Below are positions 36,843-50,151 of a stretch of DNA of 64,000 nt, in pieces. This DNA is from Mobula hypostoma. Taxonomy: Eukaryota. Both the position numbers and the translations under genes were made by a program. Numbering within the stretch: position 1 is the first letter of the stretch; every line of letters starts with the position of its first letter. Location: assembly GCF_963921235.1 (NCBI RefSeq), contig NC_086097.1, positions 101,124,001-101,188,000 of the forward strand, in the 5' to 3' direction. Under the pieces are notes generated by a model. It did not search any database. It was not told where the DNA came from and saw nothing but the letters and a program-made list of their open reading frames with translations.

Positions 36843-37293
36843 GAACATCGACTTCTCTAACTTCCGCTGATAATGAACACCGACTCCTCTAACTTCCGCT
36901 GATGCCCCACCTCCCCCTCGTACCCCATCTGTTACTTATTTTTATACACACATTCTTTCTCTCACTCTCCTTTTTCTCCCTCTGTCCCTCTGAATATACC
37001 TCTTGCCCATCCTCTGGGTTCCCCCCCGCCCCGGTCTTTCTTCCCGGACCTCCTGTCCCATAATCCTCTCGTATCCCCTTTTGCCTATCACCTGTCCAGC
37101 TCTCGGCTCTATCCCTCCCCCGCCTGTCTTCTCCTATCATTTTGGATCTCCCCCTCGCCCTCCCACTTTCAAATCCCTTACTCACTCTTCCTTCAGTTAG
37201 TCCTGACGAAGGGTCTCGGCCTGAAACGTCGACTGCACCTCTTCCTAGAGATGCTGCCTGGCCTGCTGCGTTCACCAGCAAATTCTATGTGTG
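36843..37293 (+). mobile_element. Young Penelope-like terminal fragment
   Basis: Near-identical inverted copy of 33144-33560; TSD TTACCAGATAT (36832-36842 and 37294-37304); ~30-bp tandem duplication at its 5' end. Confidence 0.9.
37199..37234 (+). ncRNA. Minimal type I hammerhead ribozyme motif, intact
   Basis: AGTC-CTGACGA-AGG.GTCTCGG.CCT-GAAA-C-GTC^GACT: stem I AGTC/GACT, stem II AGG/CCT, conserved core, GUC cleavage triplet. Confidence 0.8.
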
Positions 37294-37439
37294 TTACCAG
37301 ATATTTACCTCACCCAAGCCTAATTTCTCCTAAGCCTGATGAACCAAAACCACTCCAACACCCGATCACTCACAACGATGGCTGCTCCAAGAATGGATTC
37401 TCCACTTGTGCCTACCGTCTTTTTATTCATTGTTTCTAA

Positions 37440-40086
37440 TAGAAACATAGAAACATAGAAAATAGGTGCAGGAGTAGGCCATTCGGCCCTTCGAGCCTGC
37501 ACCGCCATTTATTATGATCATGCCTGATCCTCCAACTCAGAACCCCGCCCCAGCCTTCCCTCCATACCCCCTGACCCCCGTAACCACAAGGGCCATACCT
37601 AACTCCCTCTTAAATATGGCCAATGAACTGGCCTCAACAGTTTCCTGTGGCAGAGAATTCCACAGATTCACCACTCTCTGTGTGAAGAAGTTTTTCCTAA
37701 TCTCGGTCCTAAAAGGCTTCCCCTCTATCCTCAAACTGTGGCCCCTCATTCTGGACTTCCCCAACATCGGGAACAATCTTCCTGCATCTAGCTTGTCCAA
37801 TCCCTTTAGGATCTCATACGTTTCAATCAGATCCCCCCTCAATCTTCTAAATTCCAACGAGTACAAGCCCAGTTCATCCAGTCTTTCTTCATATGAAAGT
37901 CCTGCCATCCCAGGAATCAATCTGGTGAACCTTCTTTGTACTCCCTCTATGGCAAGGATGTCTTTCCTCAGATTAGGGGACCAAAACTGCACACAATACT
38001 CCAGGTGTGGTCTCACCAAGGCCTTGTACAACTGCAGTAGTACCTCCCTGCTCCTGTACTCGAATCCTCTTGATATAAATGCCAGCATACCATTCGCCTT
38101 TTTCACCGCCTGCTGTACCTGCATGCCCACTTTCAATGACTGGTGTATGATGACACCCAGGTCTCGTTGCACCTCCCCTTTTCCTAATCAGGCACCATTC
38201 AGATAATAATCTGTTTTCCTATTTTTGCCACCAAAGTGGATAACTTCACATTTATCCACATTAAATTGCATCTGCCATGAATTTGCCCACTCACCCAACC
38301 TATCCAAGTCACCCTGCATCCTCTTAGCATCCTCCTCACAGCTAACACTGCCGCCCAGCTTCGTGTCATCCGCAAACTTGGAGATGCTGCATTTAATTCC
38401 CTCATCCAAGTCATTAATATATATTGTAAACAACTGGGGTCCCAGCACTGAGCCTTGCGGTACCCCACTAGTCACCGCCTGCCATTCTGAAAAGGTCCCG
38501 TTTATTCCCACTCTTTGCTTCCTGTCTGCTAACCAATTCTCCACCCACACCAATACCTTACCCCCAATACCGTGTGCTTTAAGTTTGCACACTAATTTCC
38601 TGTGTGGGACCTTGTCAAAAGCCTTTTGAAAATCCAAATATACCACATCCACTGGTTCTCCCCTATCCACTCTACTAGTTACATCCTCAAAAAATTCTAT
38701 GAGATTCGTCAGACATGATTTTCCTTTCACAAATCCATGCTGACTTTGTCCGATAATTTCACTGCTTTCCAAATGTGCTGTTATCACATCCTTGATAACT
38801 GACTCCAGCAGTTTCCCCACCACCGACATTAGGCTAACCGGTCTATAATTCCCCAGTTTCTCTCTCCCTCCTTTTTTAAAAAGTGGAGTTACATTAGCCA
38901 CCCTCCAATCCTCAGGAACTAGTCCAGAATCTAACGAGTTTTGAAAAATTATCACTAATGCATCCACTATTTCTTGGGCTACTTCCTTAAGCACTCTAGG
39001 ATGCAGACCATCTGGCCCTGGGGATTTATCTGCCTTCAATCCCCTCAATTTACCTAACACCACTTCCCTACTAACATGTATTTCGCTCAGTTCCTCCATC
39101 TCACTGGACCCTCTGTCCCCTACTATTTCTGGAAGATTATTTATGTCCTTATTATTATTTTCCCCTTCCTAATTAAGCCCTTTGTCCTCCTCTGCTGAAC
39201 TCTGAATTTCTCCCAGTCCTCAGGTGAGCCACTTTCTCTGGCTAATTTGTATGCTTCCTCTTTGGAATAGATACTATCCCTAATTTCTCTTGTCAGCCAC
39301 GGGTGCACTACCTTCCTTGATTTATTTTTTTGCCAAACTAGGATGAACAATTGTTGTAGTTCATCCATGCAACCTTTAAATGCTTGCCATTGCATATCCA
39401 CCGTCAATCCTTTAAGTGTCATTTCCCAGTCTATCTTAGCTAATTCACGTCTCGTACCTTCAAAGTTACCCTTCTTTAAGTTCAGAACCTTTGTTTCTGA
39501 ATTAACTATGTCACTCTCCATCTTAATGAAGGATTCCACCATATTATGGGCACTCTTACCCAAGGGGCCTCTCACGACAAGATCGCTGATTAACCCTTCC
39601 TCATTGCTCAAAACCCAGTCTAGAATAGCCTGCTCTCTAGTTGGTTCCTCGACATGTTGGTTCAAAAAACCATCCCACATACATTCCAAGAAATCCTCTT
39701 CCTCAGCACCTTTACCAATTTGGTTCACCCAATCTACATGTAGATTGAAGTCACCCATTATAACTGCTGTTCCTTTATTGCACACATTTCTAATTTCCTG
39801 TTTAATACCATCTCTGACCTCACTACTACTGTTAGGTGGCTTGTACACAACTCCCACCAGCGTCTTCTGCCCCTTCGTGTTACGCAGCTCTACCCATATC
39901 GATTCCACATCTTCCCGGCTTATTTCCTTCCTTTCTATTGCGTTAATCTCTTCTTTAACTAGCAACGCCACCCCACCTCCCCTTCCTTCATGTCTATCCC
40001 TCCTGAATATTGAATATTCCTGAACGTTGAGCTCCCATCCCTGGTCACCCTGGAGCCATGTCTCTGTGATCCCAACTATATCATAA
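37440..40086 (-). mobile_element. Young CR1 LINE ORF2 (endonuclease + RT), 5'-truncated
   Basis: ORFs 39141-40118, 38188-39099 and 37537-38172; FADD motif; (TTTCTATG)n tail. Confidence 0.96.
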
Positions 40087-40299
40087 TGAATCCCCCTCAG
40101 TGATCGGTCCCAGTACATCTCTGAAAAACATCATGAAGTGCTGCCTTTTCTCTCTTGAAGGTGATGTAGCCCTCTTCTCATGTTCCCGCCTAGTGATTGG
40201 TCGCAGTCCACCTCCTGTGTGGTGATGTCGCTCCAGTCAGGATGGGATCAATGAACCTGAGACCACTACCTACCTGTTGAAGTGCAGTGAAACATCTGA

Positions 40300-43035
40300 G
40301 TTTTAAAAAAAGAAGCAGCATAGCACGTGCTTCTTCACAAGGGGACAGAGACAGCAAGTTAAGAAAAAGCAGAAAATGGACTAAATTCATTGGTTCATAA
40401 ACAGTGAGCACCTTGTGATAATAATCATAAATTAATACAAAAGCAGAAATGGCTGGTTACATTGGAAAGATAAACGCCTTTGATTGCATGAGAGATAATT
40501 GGAATATGTATACTGAGCAAATTGAGCAGTATTTTAAAGCAAATGGAATAGCCAATGAGAAACAAGTAACAGTTTTGTTGAGTGCATTGGATGAAAAAGT
40601 ATACAGTTTGCTTAAAAATGTCACTGCACAAACCAAACCAGCTGAAATGAGTAATGCGGGAACATTTAGAACCAAAGTCATTGTTGGTTGCAGAATATTT
40701 TAGGCTTCATAAATTGAATCAAAAGCAAGGGGAATCCGTTTCAGCATACGTGACTGAATTGAAGAGATTGTCTGAACATTGTCAGTTCAGTGATGGACTT
40801 TAACAATGCACTGAGAAATTGTTTAGTTTATGGAACCTTACAAGAAAGCATTCAAAAATGTCTCCTAACTGAAGTACAACTTACATTTAAAAGAGCAGTT
40901 TGGATTGCTGTGTTAATGGAAACAGCAGACAGAGACATATTTGAGTTGCAGCCAGGAATGCAAGTGAACATGAGCAAATGTGCAATGTTTAAGCAGAAAG
41001 TAGCCTGGCCAACCAAAATTGTGGTACCTTTGTGGCAGGGGCTCACATGCACCAGACCAATGCAGGTTTAAAGTTGAAACTTGCAGAAAATGCAACAAAG
41101 TAGGACACGTACAAAGAGCACGTCGGGCAGTAAGCTTGCCATGTGCTGTCAGGATGCCAACAAATCCAGAAGAAAGGTGTCCTGAGCTGTCAGAACCACT
41201 TCCTGCAGTCCCAGCATCAACTCCTACAAGCTCCACAGAGGAGGCCCCAGAACATGAGATTGTTTCACAGCCACATGTCTCACCTGCCAAGCAGAGTGAC
41301 CTTCCCTATCAGGAAAGGTGTTAACCCACAAGAGCAAGAAATCTCCACAGCGATTAAATCTTTAGGCCTGAAAGGGACAAATTAAAATTTACTATGCTGT
41401 GAATTTCTGTTTAGTGTACCTTACAGTGTACTATATATTTTCTCCTCACCCCTTATGGGTGGTGTGTATGTGTATTTTTCCCTCAATCTTGCATCCTTTA
41501 CCAGAGGCCTGGGAGCTTGAGGGTTTGGCTCAGTATCCTTGCTGTTCCTAATAGTGCACTCTTCTGATCTGAGGTCTCAGATGTTGTTTTTGGGATTTGT
41601 TGGAGTCGCTCTTCTGATCCAGGTGTCACAGCACGAAGTGCTTCTATCACCACTGGGATTACTCTGGCTCTAACCTTCCACATCCTTTCTATCTGCTCTT
41701 TCAAGCCCTGGTATTTCTTCAGCTTCTCACATTCTTTCTTCCTGATGTTACTGTCACTTGGGATTGCCACATCTACTACTATTGCTTTCTTCTGCTCCTT
41801 GTCCAGTATTCCTGTGTCTGGTTGGTTGGCCAGCACCTGTTTATCAGTCTGTATTTGTAAGTCCCACAGGATCTTAGCTCTGTCGTTCTTCACTACCTTC
41901 TCGGGTGTTTCCCATTTGGACTTGGGAGTGTCCAATCCATACTCAGTGCAGATGTTCCTGTACATAATTCCTGCAACTTGGTAGTCCTGTTCAGTCTATG
42001 CCGTCCCTGCCTGCATCGTGCACCTTCCTACTACATGCTGAATGGTTTCAGCGGATTCCTTGCCGTCTGCATCTTGGGTCTCGCCTGGGGTGATACACCC
42101 CTGCTTCTATTGCTCTTGTGCCCAGCGCCTGGTTCTTGTGCAGCCATAAGCAGCGCCTCTGTGCTGTACCTCAGCCCTGCCATTTCCAGCCATTGGTAGG
42201 ACTTCACATCAGCCACCTCTGATATCTGGCGATGGTACATCCCATGCAGCGGCTTGTCCTGCCCTGGCCTCTGGGCCTCTGGGCCTCTGGCTCTGCTTCA
42301 CCTACTTCCATTTCCATACCCCCTGCCTGCTGTCTGAGGTGTCTCCTAGCAGGTCGTCCTTAGGGGCCACCTTCCTGACATACTTATGGATGTTTCACAA
42401 ATTTTCCAAGACTGTGGCCTTGACACTTCCCAGCCCTGTCCTCCTTTATTCCGGTGGATATACAGTCGCTTGACATTGAACTTTGGATGGAATCCTCCAT
42501 ATATCGTTAGTAGTTTCTGGGTCTTGATGTCAGTGGCTTCCAGTTCATCCCTTGGCCAACACACTATTGTAGCTGGGTATCTGATGACCAGTAGGGTGAA
42601 TATGCTGATAGCTCTGATCTTGTTCTTCCCATTCAGCTGGGAATATAAGTTGAGATGCATTCTATATTGAGTTGGAGTTTATGGCTAAGCAGGGAGGAGT
42701 GTTGTATATTAACTATTTCAGTAATACAGTATTTGAGTAAGAAGGGTCTCAGCGGAAATGTCGACTGTTTTATCGTTTCCATGGGTGCTGCCTAACCTGA
42801 TGAGTTCCTGCAGCATTTTTGTGTGTTGCTTTGGATTTACAGCATCTACAGAATTTCTTAATTTTTTAAACATTCTTTTTTGTTACATGTAAAAGTACGT
42901 GCATGTCTAACATCATGACGCCATTCATGCGCACCACACTTAAAGTGAAAGCGAAGATATGTGAGTTATCTCCTGCCTCTGCTTTTTCTCCTTTACTTAG
43001 TTTTTTTTTGTGTTTCGAAGTTATAAAACATAAGA
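40300..43035 (+). mobile_element. Internally deleted Gypsy (Mag/K02A2.6-like) element: gag remnant, PPT (42687-42699), 3' LTR (~42700-43035)
   Basis: MAGYIGKINAFD..WNMYTEQIEQYFKANGI..VLLSAL; double knuckle YLCGRGSHAPDQC..CRKCNKVGH; AAGCAGGGAGGAG|TGTTG. Confidence 0.8.
41441..42641 (-). mobile_element. R4/Dong-clade non-LTR retrotransposon 3' part (restriction-like endonuclease)
   Basis: LNGKNKIRAI..FHPKFNVKRLYI..GGQG; STEALLMAAQE; KILWDLQIQTDK..NQPD..VVDVAIP..EKLKKYQGL. Confidence 0.88.
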
Positions 43036-43069
43036 CTTATAATCAGACCTAAATCTCGTTCTCAAGTCC

Positions 43070-43825
43070 CTTATCGGCCCTGTTTCCCATATTCATTCGA
43101 AACTCCCTGGGACCCCGTCCCTAGGCTCATTATAAACACAGCAATGCCCCCTTTTCTAAAATCCCTCTGAATACAGGTGCCATCTCAGTGGCTCCTCACT
43201 TAGGTCTGGAATGTCAGGACAATGAAGACACATACGTCTGGATGCTATTCCTGCTACAGCTCAGCATTTATTATTAGGATCCCATCAAAACTCATCAATT
43301 AGCTCCTTACCACCCTGGGCAATTCGATTCTTGATTTCCTCACTGGCAGGTCACAGTCAGTATGGATTGACGGCAGCATCTTCTCTACACTCAGGTGTGT
43401 GTGCTTAGCCCCCTGCTCTGCTTGTTTTATATGTATGATTGTGTGCCTAAGTACAACCATATTTATTTTTGCCGACGACCACAGTTCCAGCGCCCCTAAT
43501 AAACACACCCGTATTCTGTTCTCATGTTCACAGTGACCCCGTTCCCACATTACTTTGGAACACACCACACCCTACAAGTTTCCATGCTCATAAACAGCTG
43601 GACTCATTTCTACATTCCTTATAAACACACAGGGACCAGATCTCATTCTCCATCGGTTTCCCATTCCTGGGTTAATTCAAAACTCATCGGGACATCCGTT
43701 CTCAGCTCCTCTTCAACACATAGATACTCCGTTCCCACATTCGTTCGAAACACACTGGCTCCTTAAAAAGACACCGGGACCTCGTTTCCATGTTCATTGT
43801 AAACAAAGAAAGGCCCTTTCCCTCG
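43070..43825 (+). repeat. Degenerate ~35-bp minisatellite interrupted by a Rex1/Babar RT fragment (~43240-43490)
   Basis: Recurring units like AAACACAC.GGGACCCCGTTCCCACATTCCTTAT. Confidence 0.55.
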
Positions 43826-44224
43826 CATCATCATCCATCTTCCTGGAAGGTTGATTAAAATGCAGTACTGTGTAAGTTTAAGAATGGTTGAACTGGATTT
43901 TATTGTTGGTAGAGGAACATCTGCCAGTCAGGCACTGACAAATTCTGTAGGGTGGCGGATCATCCATCTTTAATTATACTGGAGATACACTATTTCAACT
44001 CTTGTTCACACCTAGCAACTCACAATCATCATTTCTTTCACTATTATAGACAGGCTGCTTCTTTTGGGAACCCATTCTTGGAATCATTTTTAGATGGAAT
44101 TGCGTTTAAATAGCACCTTTCATAATCGGAGAATGCTGAAAGGCACTCATTCTCCAAAGGAGTATTTCTGAAGCTTATTTGCAGTTATGAGGTAGGAAAT
44201 ACATGACCAACTTCCTCACACAGT

Positions 44225-44530
44225 GGAAACGGAGAGCATGTTTCCTATAGTGGGGGGTCTTAGACCAGAGGGCACAGCCTCGGATTAGAAGGATGGACCC
44301 TTAGAACAGAGGTGGAAGGGAATTTCTGTAGACAGAGGGAGGTTGCTTCAGATGGCTGTGAGGCCAAGTCATTGGGTATATTTAAAGCAGAGGTTTATTA
44401 GTCAGGGTGTCAAAGGTTACAGGGAGAAGGCAGGAGAATGGAGCTGAGAGAGAAAATAAATCCACTGTGACAGAATGGTGGAGCAGACTCAATGGGCTGA
44501 ATGGCCAATTCTGTTCCTATGTCTTATGGT
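44225..44530 (+). mobile_element. CR1 3' tail
   Basis: ACCAGAGGGCACAGCCTC..GGGCTGAATGGCC..TATGTCTTATGG. Confidence 0.8.
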
Positions 44531-44945
44531 TTTGTAACAAGACCCCCATGAATAACTGAAAAATAAATGACTGAACTACAGAGTAATGGTCAACCCAAAG
44601 TAAATCCTTTGGCCCACCATGTCTCCTGCTGAGCAGTGAGCAGTGGGTATGAAACTGTCTCTGTTAACTTATGTACTGGTCTAGATCCTTATTAAATGTT
44701 ATTAGAGAGCATCCACCACACAGCATTTTACTGACATTGCTTATGGATAACTATTCATTAGCACCCAGGGAGATCTCCTTCAATCTTACTTTGAATCCGA
44801 AGTCAAGGTCCACAGTGTATGTTCGCTCAATTAGTACTCCACATATTGAAAACCTTCTTCAGAATACTGGTGAATTGGCCCAGGTTTTGCATTTAATTTT
44901 GTGGATTAGGGTAATAATACGTAAGAAATTCCTTTCTTTGTTTAC

Positions 44946-47900
44946 AATGAACGTGAGAGACTGGTGTAGGGGGGCAGAGCTTCAGATTCTTGGATAATTG
45001 GGATCTCTTCTGGGGGAAGTATGACCTGTTCAAAAAGGACAGGTTACACCTGAACCCGAAGGGGACCAATATCCTGGCGGGAAAGTTTAATAGAGCTGTT
45101 AGGGAGGGTTTAAACTAATTTGGCAGGGGGATGGGAACCGGAATGATAGAGCGGAGGAAGGGGAAAACAGAAATAAATCTAAGATAGTGAGCAGTAAAGA
45201 TGTCAGGAAAGACAGGCAGGTGATGGGGCAAATGTGTAGCCATTGGGATGAGTTGCAGTGCAATAAAGTTGCAGTGAAATCAAAGCAAAAAGTGTCAAAT
45301 ACTGGTCTTAAACGCACGCAGCATAAGGAATAAGGTGGATGATCTTGTTGTACAGCTACAGATTGGCAGGTATGATATTGTGGCCATCACTGAGACGTGG
45401 CTAAAGGATGCATGTCTCGGGGAGCTGAACGTCCAAGGATACACGGTGTATCGGAAGGATAGGAAGGTAGGCAGAGGGGGAGGCGTGGCTTTATTGGTAA
45501 GAAATGATATTAAATCATTAGAAGGAGGTGATATAGAATCGGAAGGTGCAGAATCTTTATGGGTTGAGCTAAGAAATCGCAGGGGTAAAAGGACCCTGAT
45601 GGCAGTTATTTATAGGCCTCCAAACAGCTGCAGTGATGTGGACTACAAATTACAACTGGAAATAGAAAAGGCTTGTCAGAAGGGCAGCGTTATGATAATT
45701 GTGGGGGATTTTAACATGCGAGTAGATTGGAAAAATTAGGTCGGCACTGGATCTCAAGAGAGAGAATTTGTAGAATGTCTGCGAGATGGCTTTTTAGAAC
45801 AGCTTGTTGTTGAGCCCACTAGGGGATCGGCTGTACTGGATTGGATATTGTGTAATGAACCGGAGGTGATTGGAGAGATTGAGGTGAAAGAACCCTTAGG
45901 AGGCAGTGATCATAACATGATTGAGTTCACTGTGAAATTAGAAAAAGAGAAGCCGAAATCTGATGTGTCGGTGTTTCAGTGGAGTAAAGGAAACTACAGT
46001 GGCATGAGAGAGGAACTGGCCAAAGTTGACTGGAAAGAGACACTGGCGGGAAAGACGGCAGAGCAGCAGTGGCTGGAGTTTATGCAAGAAATGAGGAATG
46101 TGCAAGACAAGTATATTCCAAAAAAGAAGAAATTTTCAAGTGGAAAAAGGATGCAACTGTGGTTGACAAGAGAAGTCAAAGCCAAAGTTAAAGCTAAGGA
46201 GAGGGCATACAAGAAAGCAAAAATTAGTGGGAAGGCAAAGGATTGGGAAGTCTTTAAAACCTTACAAAAGGAAACCAAGAAGGTCATTAAGAGAGAAAAG
46301 ATTAACTATGAAAGGAAACTAGCAAATAATATCAAAGAGGATACTAAAAGCTTTTTCAAGTATATAAAGAGTAAAAGACAGGTGAGAGTAGATATAGGAC
46401 CGATAGAAAATGATACTGGAGAAATTGTAATGGGAGATGAGGAGATGGCAGAGGAACTGAACAAGTATTTTGCATCAGTCTTCCCTGAGGAAGACAGCAG
46501 GATACCGGACACTCAAGGGTGGCAGGGAAGAGAAGTGTGCGCAGTCACAATTACGACAGAGAAAGTACTCAGGAAGCTGAATAGGCTAAAGGTCGATAAA
46601 TCTCCTGGACCAGATGGAATGCACCCTCGTGTTCTGAAGGAAGTAGCTGTGGAGATTGCGGAGGCATTAGCGATGATCTTTCAAAAGTCGATAGATTCTG
46701 GCATGGTTCCGGAGGACTGGAAGATTGCAAATGTCACTCTGCTATTTAAGAAGGGGGCAAGGAAGCAAAAAGGAAATTATAGACCTGTTAGCTTGACATC
46801 GGTGGTTGGGAAGTTGTTGGAGTCGATTGTCAAGGATGAGGTTACAGAGTACCTGGAGGCATATGACAAGATAGGCAGAACTCAGCATGGATTCCTTAAA
46901 GGAAAATCCTGCCTGACAAACCTATTACAATTTTTTGAGGAAATTACCAGCAGGCTAGACAAGGGAGATGCAGTAGATGTTGTATATTTGGATTTTCAGA
47001 AGGCCTCTGACAAGGTGCCACACATGAGGCTGCTTAAGAAGATAAGAGCCCATGGAATTACGGGAAAGTTACATGCGTGGATAGAGCGTTGGCTGATTGG
47101 CAGGAAACAGAGAGCGGGAATAAAGGGATCCTATTCTGGTTGGCTGCCGGTTACCAGTGGTGTTCCACAGGGATCAGTGTTGGGGCCGTTTCTTTTTACA
47201 TTGTACATCAACGATTTGGATTATGGAATAGATGGCTTTGTGGCTAAGTTTGCTGACGATACGAAGATAGGTGGAGGGGCCGGTAGTGCTGAGGAAACGG
47301 AGAGTCTGCAGAGGGATAGATTGGAAGAATGGGCAGAGAAGTGGCAAATGAAGTACAATGTTGGAAAGTGTATGGTTATGCACTTTGGCAGAAAAAATAA
47401 ACGGGCAGACTATTATTTAAATGGGGAAAGAATTCAAAGTTCTGAGATGCAACAGGACTTGGGAGTCCTCGTACAGGATTCCCTTAAAGTTAACCTCCAG
47501 GTTGAATCGGTAGTGAAGAAGGCAAATGCAATGTTGGCATTCATTTCTAGAGGAATAGAGTATAAGGAGCAGGGATGTGATGTTGAGGCTCTATAAGGTG
47601 CTGGTGAGACCTCACTTGGAGTACTGTGGGCAGTTTTGGTCTCCTTATTTAAGAAAGGATGTGCTGACGTTGGAGAGGGTACAGAGAAGATTCACTAGAA
47701 TGATTCCGGGAATGAGAGGGTTAACATATGAGGAATGTTTGTCTGCTCTTGGACTGTATTCCTTGGAGTTTAGAAGAATGAGGGGAGACCTCATAGAAAC
47801 ATTTCGAATGTTTAAAGGCATGGACAGAGTGGATGTGGCAAAGTTGTTTCCCATGATGGGGGTGTCTAGTACGAGAGGGCATGATTTCAGGATTGAAGGG

Positions 47901-48177
47901 TGCTCTTTCAGAACAGAAATGCGAAGAAATTTTTTTAGTCAGAGGGTGGTGAATCTATGGAATTTGTTGCCACGGGCAGCAGTGGAGGCCAAGTCATTGG
48001 GTGTATTTAGGCAGAGATTGATAGGTATCTGAGTAGCCAGGGCATCAAAGGTTATGGTGAGAAGGCGGGGGAGTGGGACTAAATAGGATAAAATGGATCA
48101 GCTCGTGATAAAATGGCGGAGCAGACTCGATGGGCCGAATGGCCTACTTCTGCTCCTTTGTCTTACGGTCTTATGGA
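44946..48177 (+). mobile_element. Young CR1 LINE: end of ORF1 plus nearly complete ORF2
   Basis: ORFs 45335-45739, 45848-47596 (582 aa, FADD) and 47577-48032; few disruptions; (GGTCTTAT)n-like tail. Confidence 0.97.
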
Positions 48178-50151
48178 AATTGAAGCAGGAGTGGGTCATC
48201 CACTTTCTAATGCCAACCCGGCCATTCAATCAGTGAGGGGTGATCTTTAACTCAGTGCCATTGGTGTTTTCTTAGCAACTAAAAATCTGTTGAACTAAAC
48301 TCTGCTTGGCATTAACTCCGCAGCTGAGTCTCCATAGCCCTCTTGCTTAGAGATTTTCAATGAGTCATCAGCCACTGGGTGATAACTTTTAACTCAGCTC
48401 AATCCTGAATGATTGATCCCTTTCTTAGAGACTCTGATCCCCAGTCCTAGACACCAAGTTAGGTCAACCCAATGCTCAAGTAACAAGAGCAAAACCAGTA
48501 AACTTTGCAGTAGCCTGAAGGTGTCCAGGAATGCCAGGGCTGCTCACTCGAGTTGTGATGCACAATCCCAGTCTTCTAATCCCCAGCGGGGACAGGAAAG
48601 TTCCTTTCCATCGAACAACAAATCCCATGTCCCGGTTTCAAATGATCTGTACCAGGCAATGTTTTATTTGCAAGCTGCACAAACCCCAAGACAGAGGAAA
48701 GCTGAGCCAAGAACCCAGAAGCAACACTTATTTTTATTAGTGTCAGTGACCCGTACTGGTTCATTTCCTATGATATGAACACTTTTTCATCCAGTATGTT
48801 TAAGTTCTGATATTTTCAGACATGATTTATAAAACTATTTATATTTATCAAATTTTAAAGCAAACATTAAAGCATTTTGTTACATCACTCAGTATCATTT
48901 TATTTTAAATCTAATTCTCTTCTTTTTGGTTGCAAGGTGACAGGACAACTACACAGCCACGTTCTGTCCCAGTTTCTGCTATATCTGCTCTTGAATTGCT
49001 AGGGGCAAAGGAGCAAAGTCCAGTTGGCACTCACTCCCTCAATACATTCAAAGAACTTGGTATGCACTGGCCAATCATGGAGGCAAGATTTAGCTCTTCA
49101 CAAAGCCAGAGGGCCAAGGTGCTGCAATATTGCTGTGCTCATTGTGCTCCAGTTGCTTTGTAACACTACAAAGTATGGAGGGGCACATTACAGAAATAGA
49201 TGGGGAAGGAGCAAAGATGTAAGAAACCCACAGAGAAAACTGATAGAACCACAAATAGATACTGAAAGAAAATATAACTAGAGACATGAGAGATGCTGGA
49301 ATATAAATCCTTCTAACAAATATAAATTGCAATCTCGGTAAAACAGTGCTAACTAAAATAACATGAATTATAAGCAAAGTAAATAATGATTAGATCTTTC
49401 ACAGATTTCCATGGATGTTGTGGATGAGACCATATTTCTCAGACTGTGGACATTTCAGTCACACTGTTGTACAGGAACACAGCACTGTTGATGGGCTCAG
49501 CTCAATGTCATGCTGAGCTGATTATCCACAACTTTAAAGTTACAGAAGTCAAATATTTATAAATAGTTTAGATAGTAATGAGATACATATTTAATCATCC
49601 ATGAAACAAATTCTTCCATAAATAACATTTATAGAACATTTCGTTATAATCATTGCAATGGTCAAACGAATATATGGCTTAAATTATTCTTCTTGTATTG
49701 CACAGTTTAAGCACTGTTTGTTTTCTACTGTTCCCCAGTTTCATTTTTGAAATGTAAGTAGCACAGGTTATGATTATACCTCTATTGCCCCACTGTCGCC
49801 AAGAGTGTGAAAATGTGCTAACTGCTGTATATAATGGCACCCAGTCCCAGCTAGCATGGAAATAACTCTCCCACAGATCAAACCTGGAAACAAGGTAATG
49901 GGATTGATTTTACACATATGATATCATGTAATTTCACAAAACCTGCAACATTTCTATAATGAAATAACATTGATTTTATCAGCAGATACCTCTGTAGTTT
50001 CAGTGAATTTTGTGGTTGCCATGGTTGATTCTGAATCGTTAAATAGACTTGCTCTGTTATACCTCTCCAGCATTGTCAAGTAGAGTAGGCTCAATAGATT
50101 TTTGTCACATAAACTGGGAGAAAGTGGCATGAGTTTGATATTGTGTGTGTA

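Larger units (their letters stand above)
34600..37430 (-). mobile_element. Decayed CR1 5' fragments (5' UTR, ORF1, start of ORF2), with Penelope tails inserted at ~34840-34935 and 36843-37293
   Basis: LYLNACSIQNK, YDVVVITESWL; ORF1 CTRCIKLQLL..VSLNNKYTTL. Confidence 0.8.

Noticed and set aside
37514..40023. Long plus-strand ORFs (230, 134 and 226 aa)
   Set aside because: Antisense shadows of CR1 ORF2.
43070..43825. CRISPR-like array
   Set aside because: Eukaryotic context, degenerate tandem units without unique spacers, no cas genes.
43950..44050. GGGSSIFNYTGDTLF resembling an adenylate cyclase GGD..(K/N)(F/Y)AGDA motif
   Set aside because: Short, runs into a stop, and has no donor site or supporting exons.
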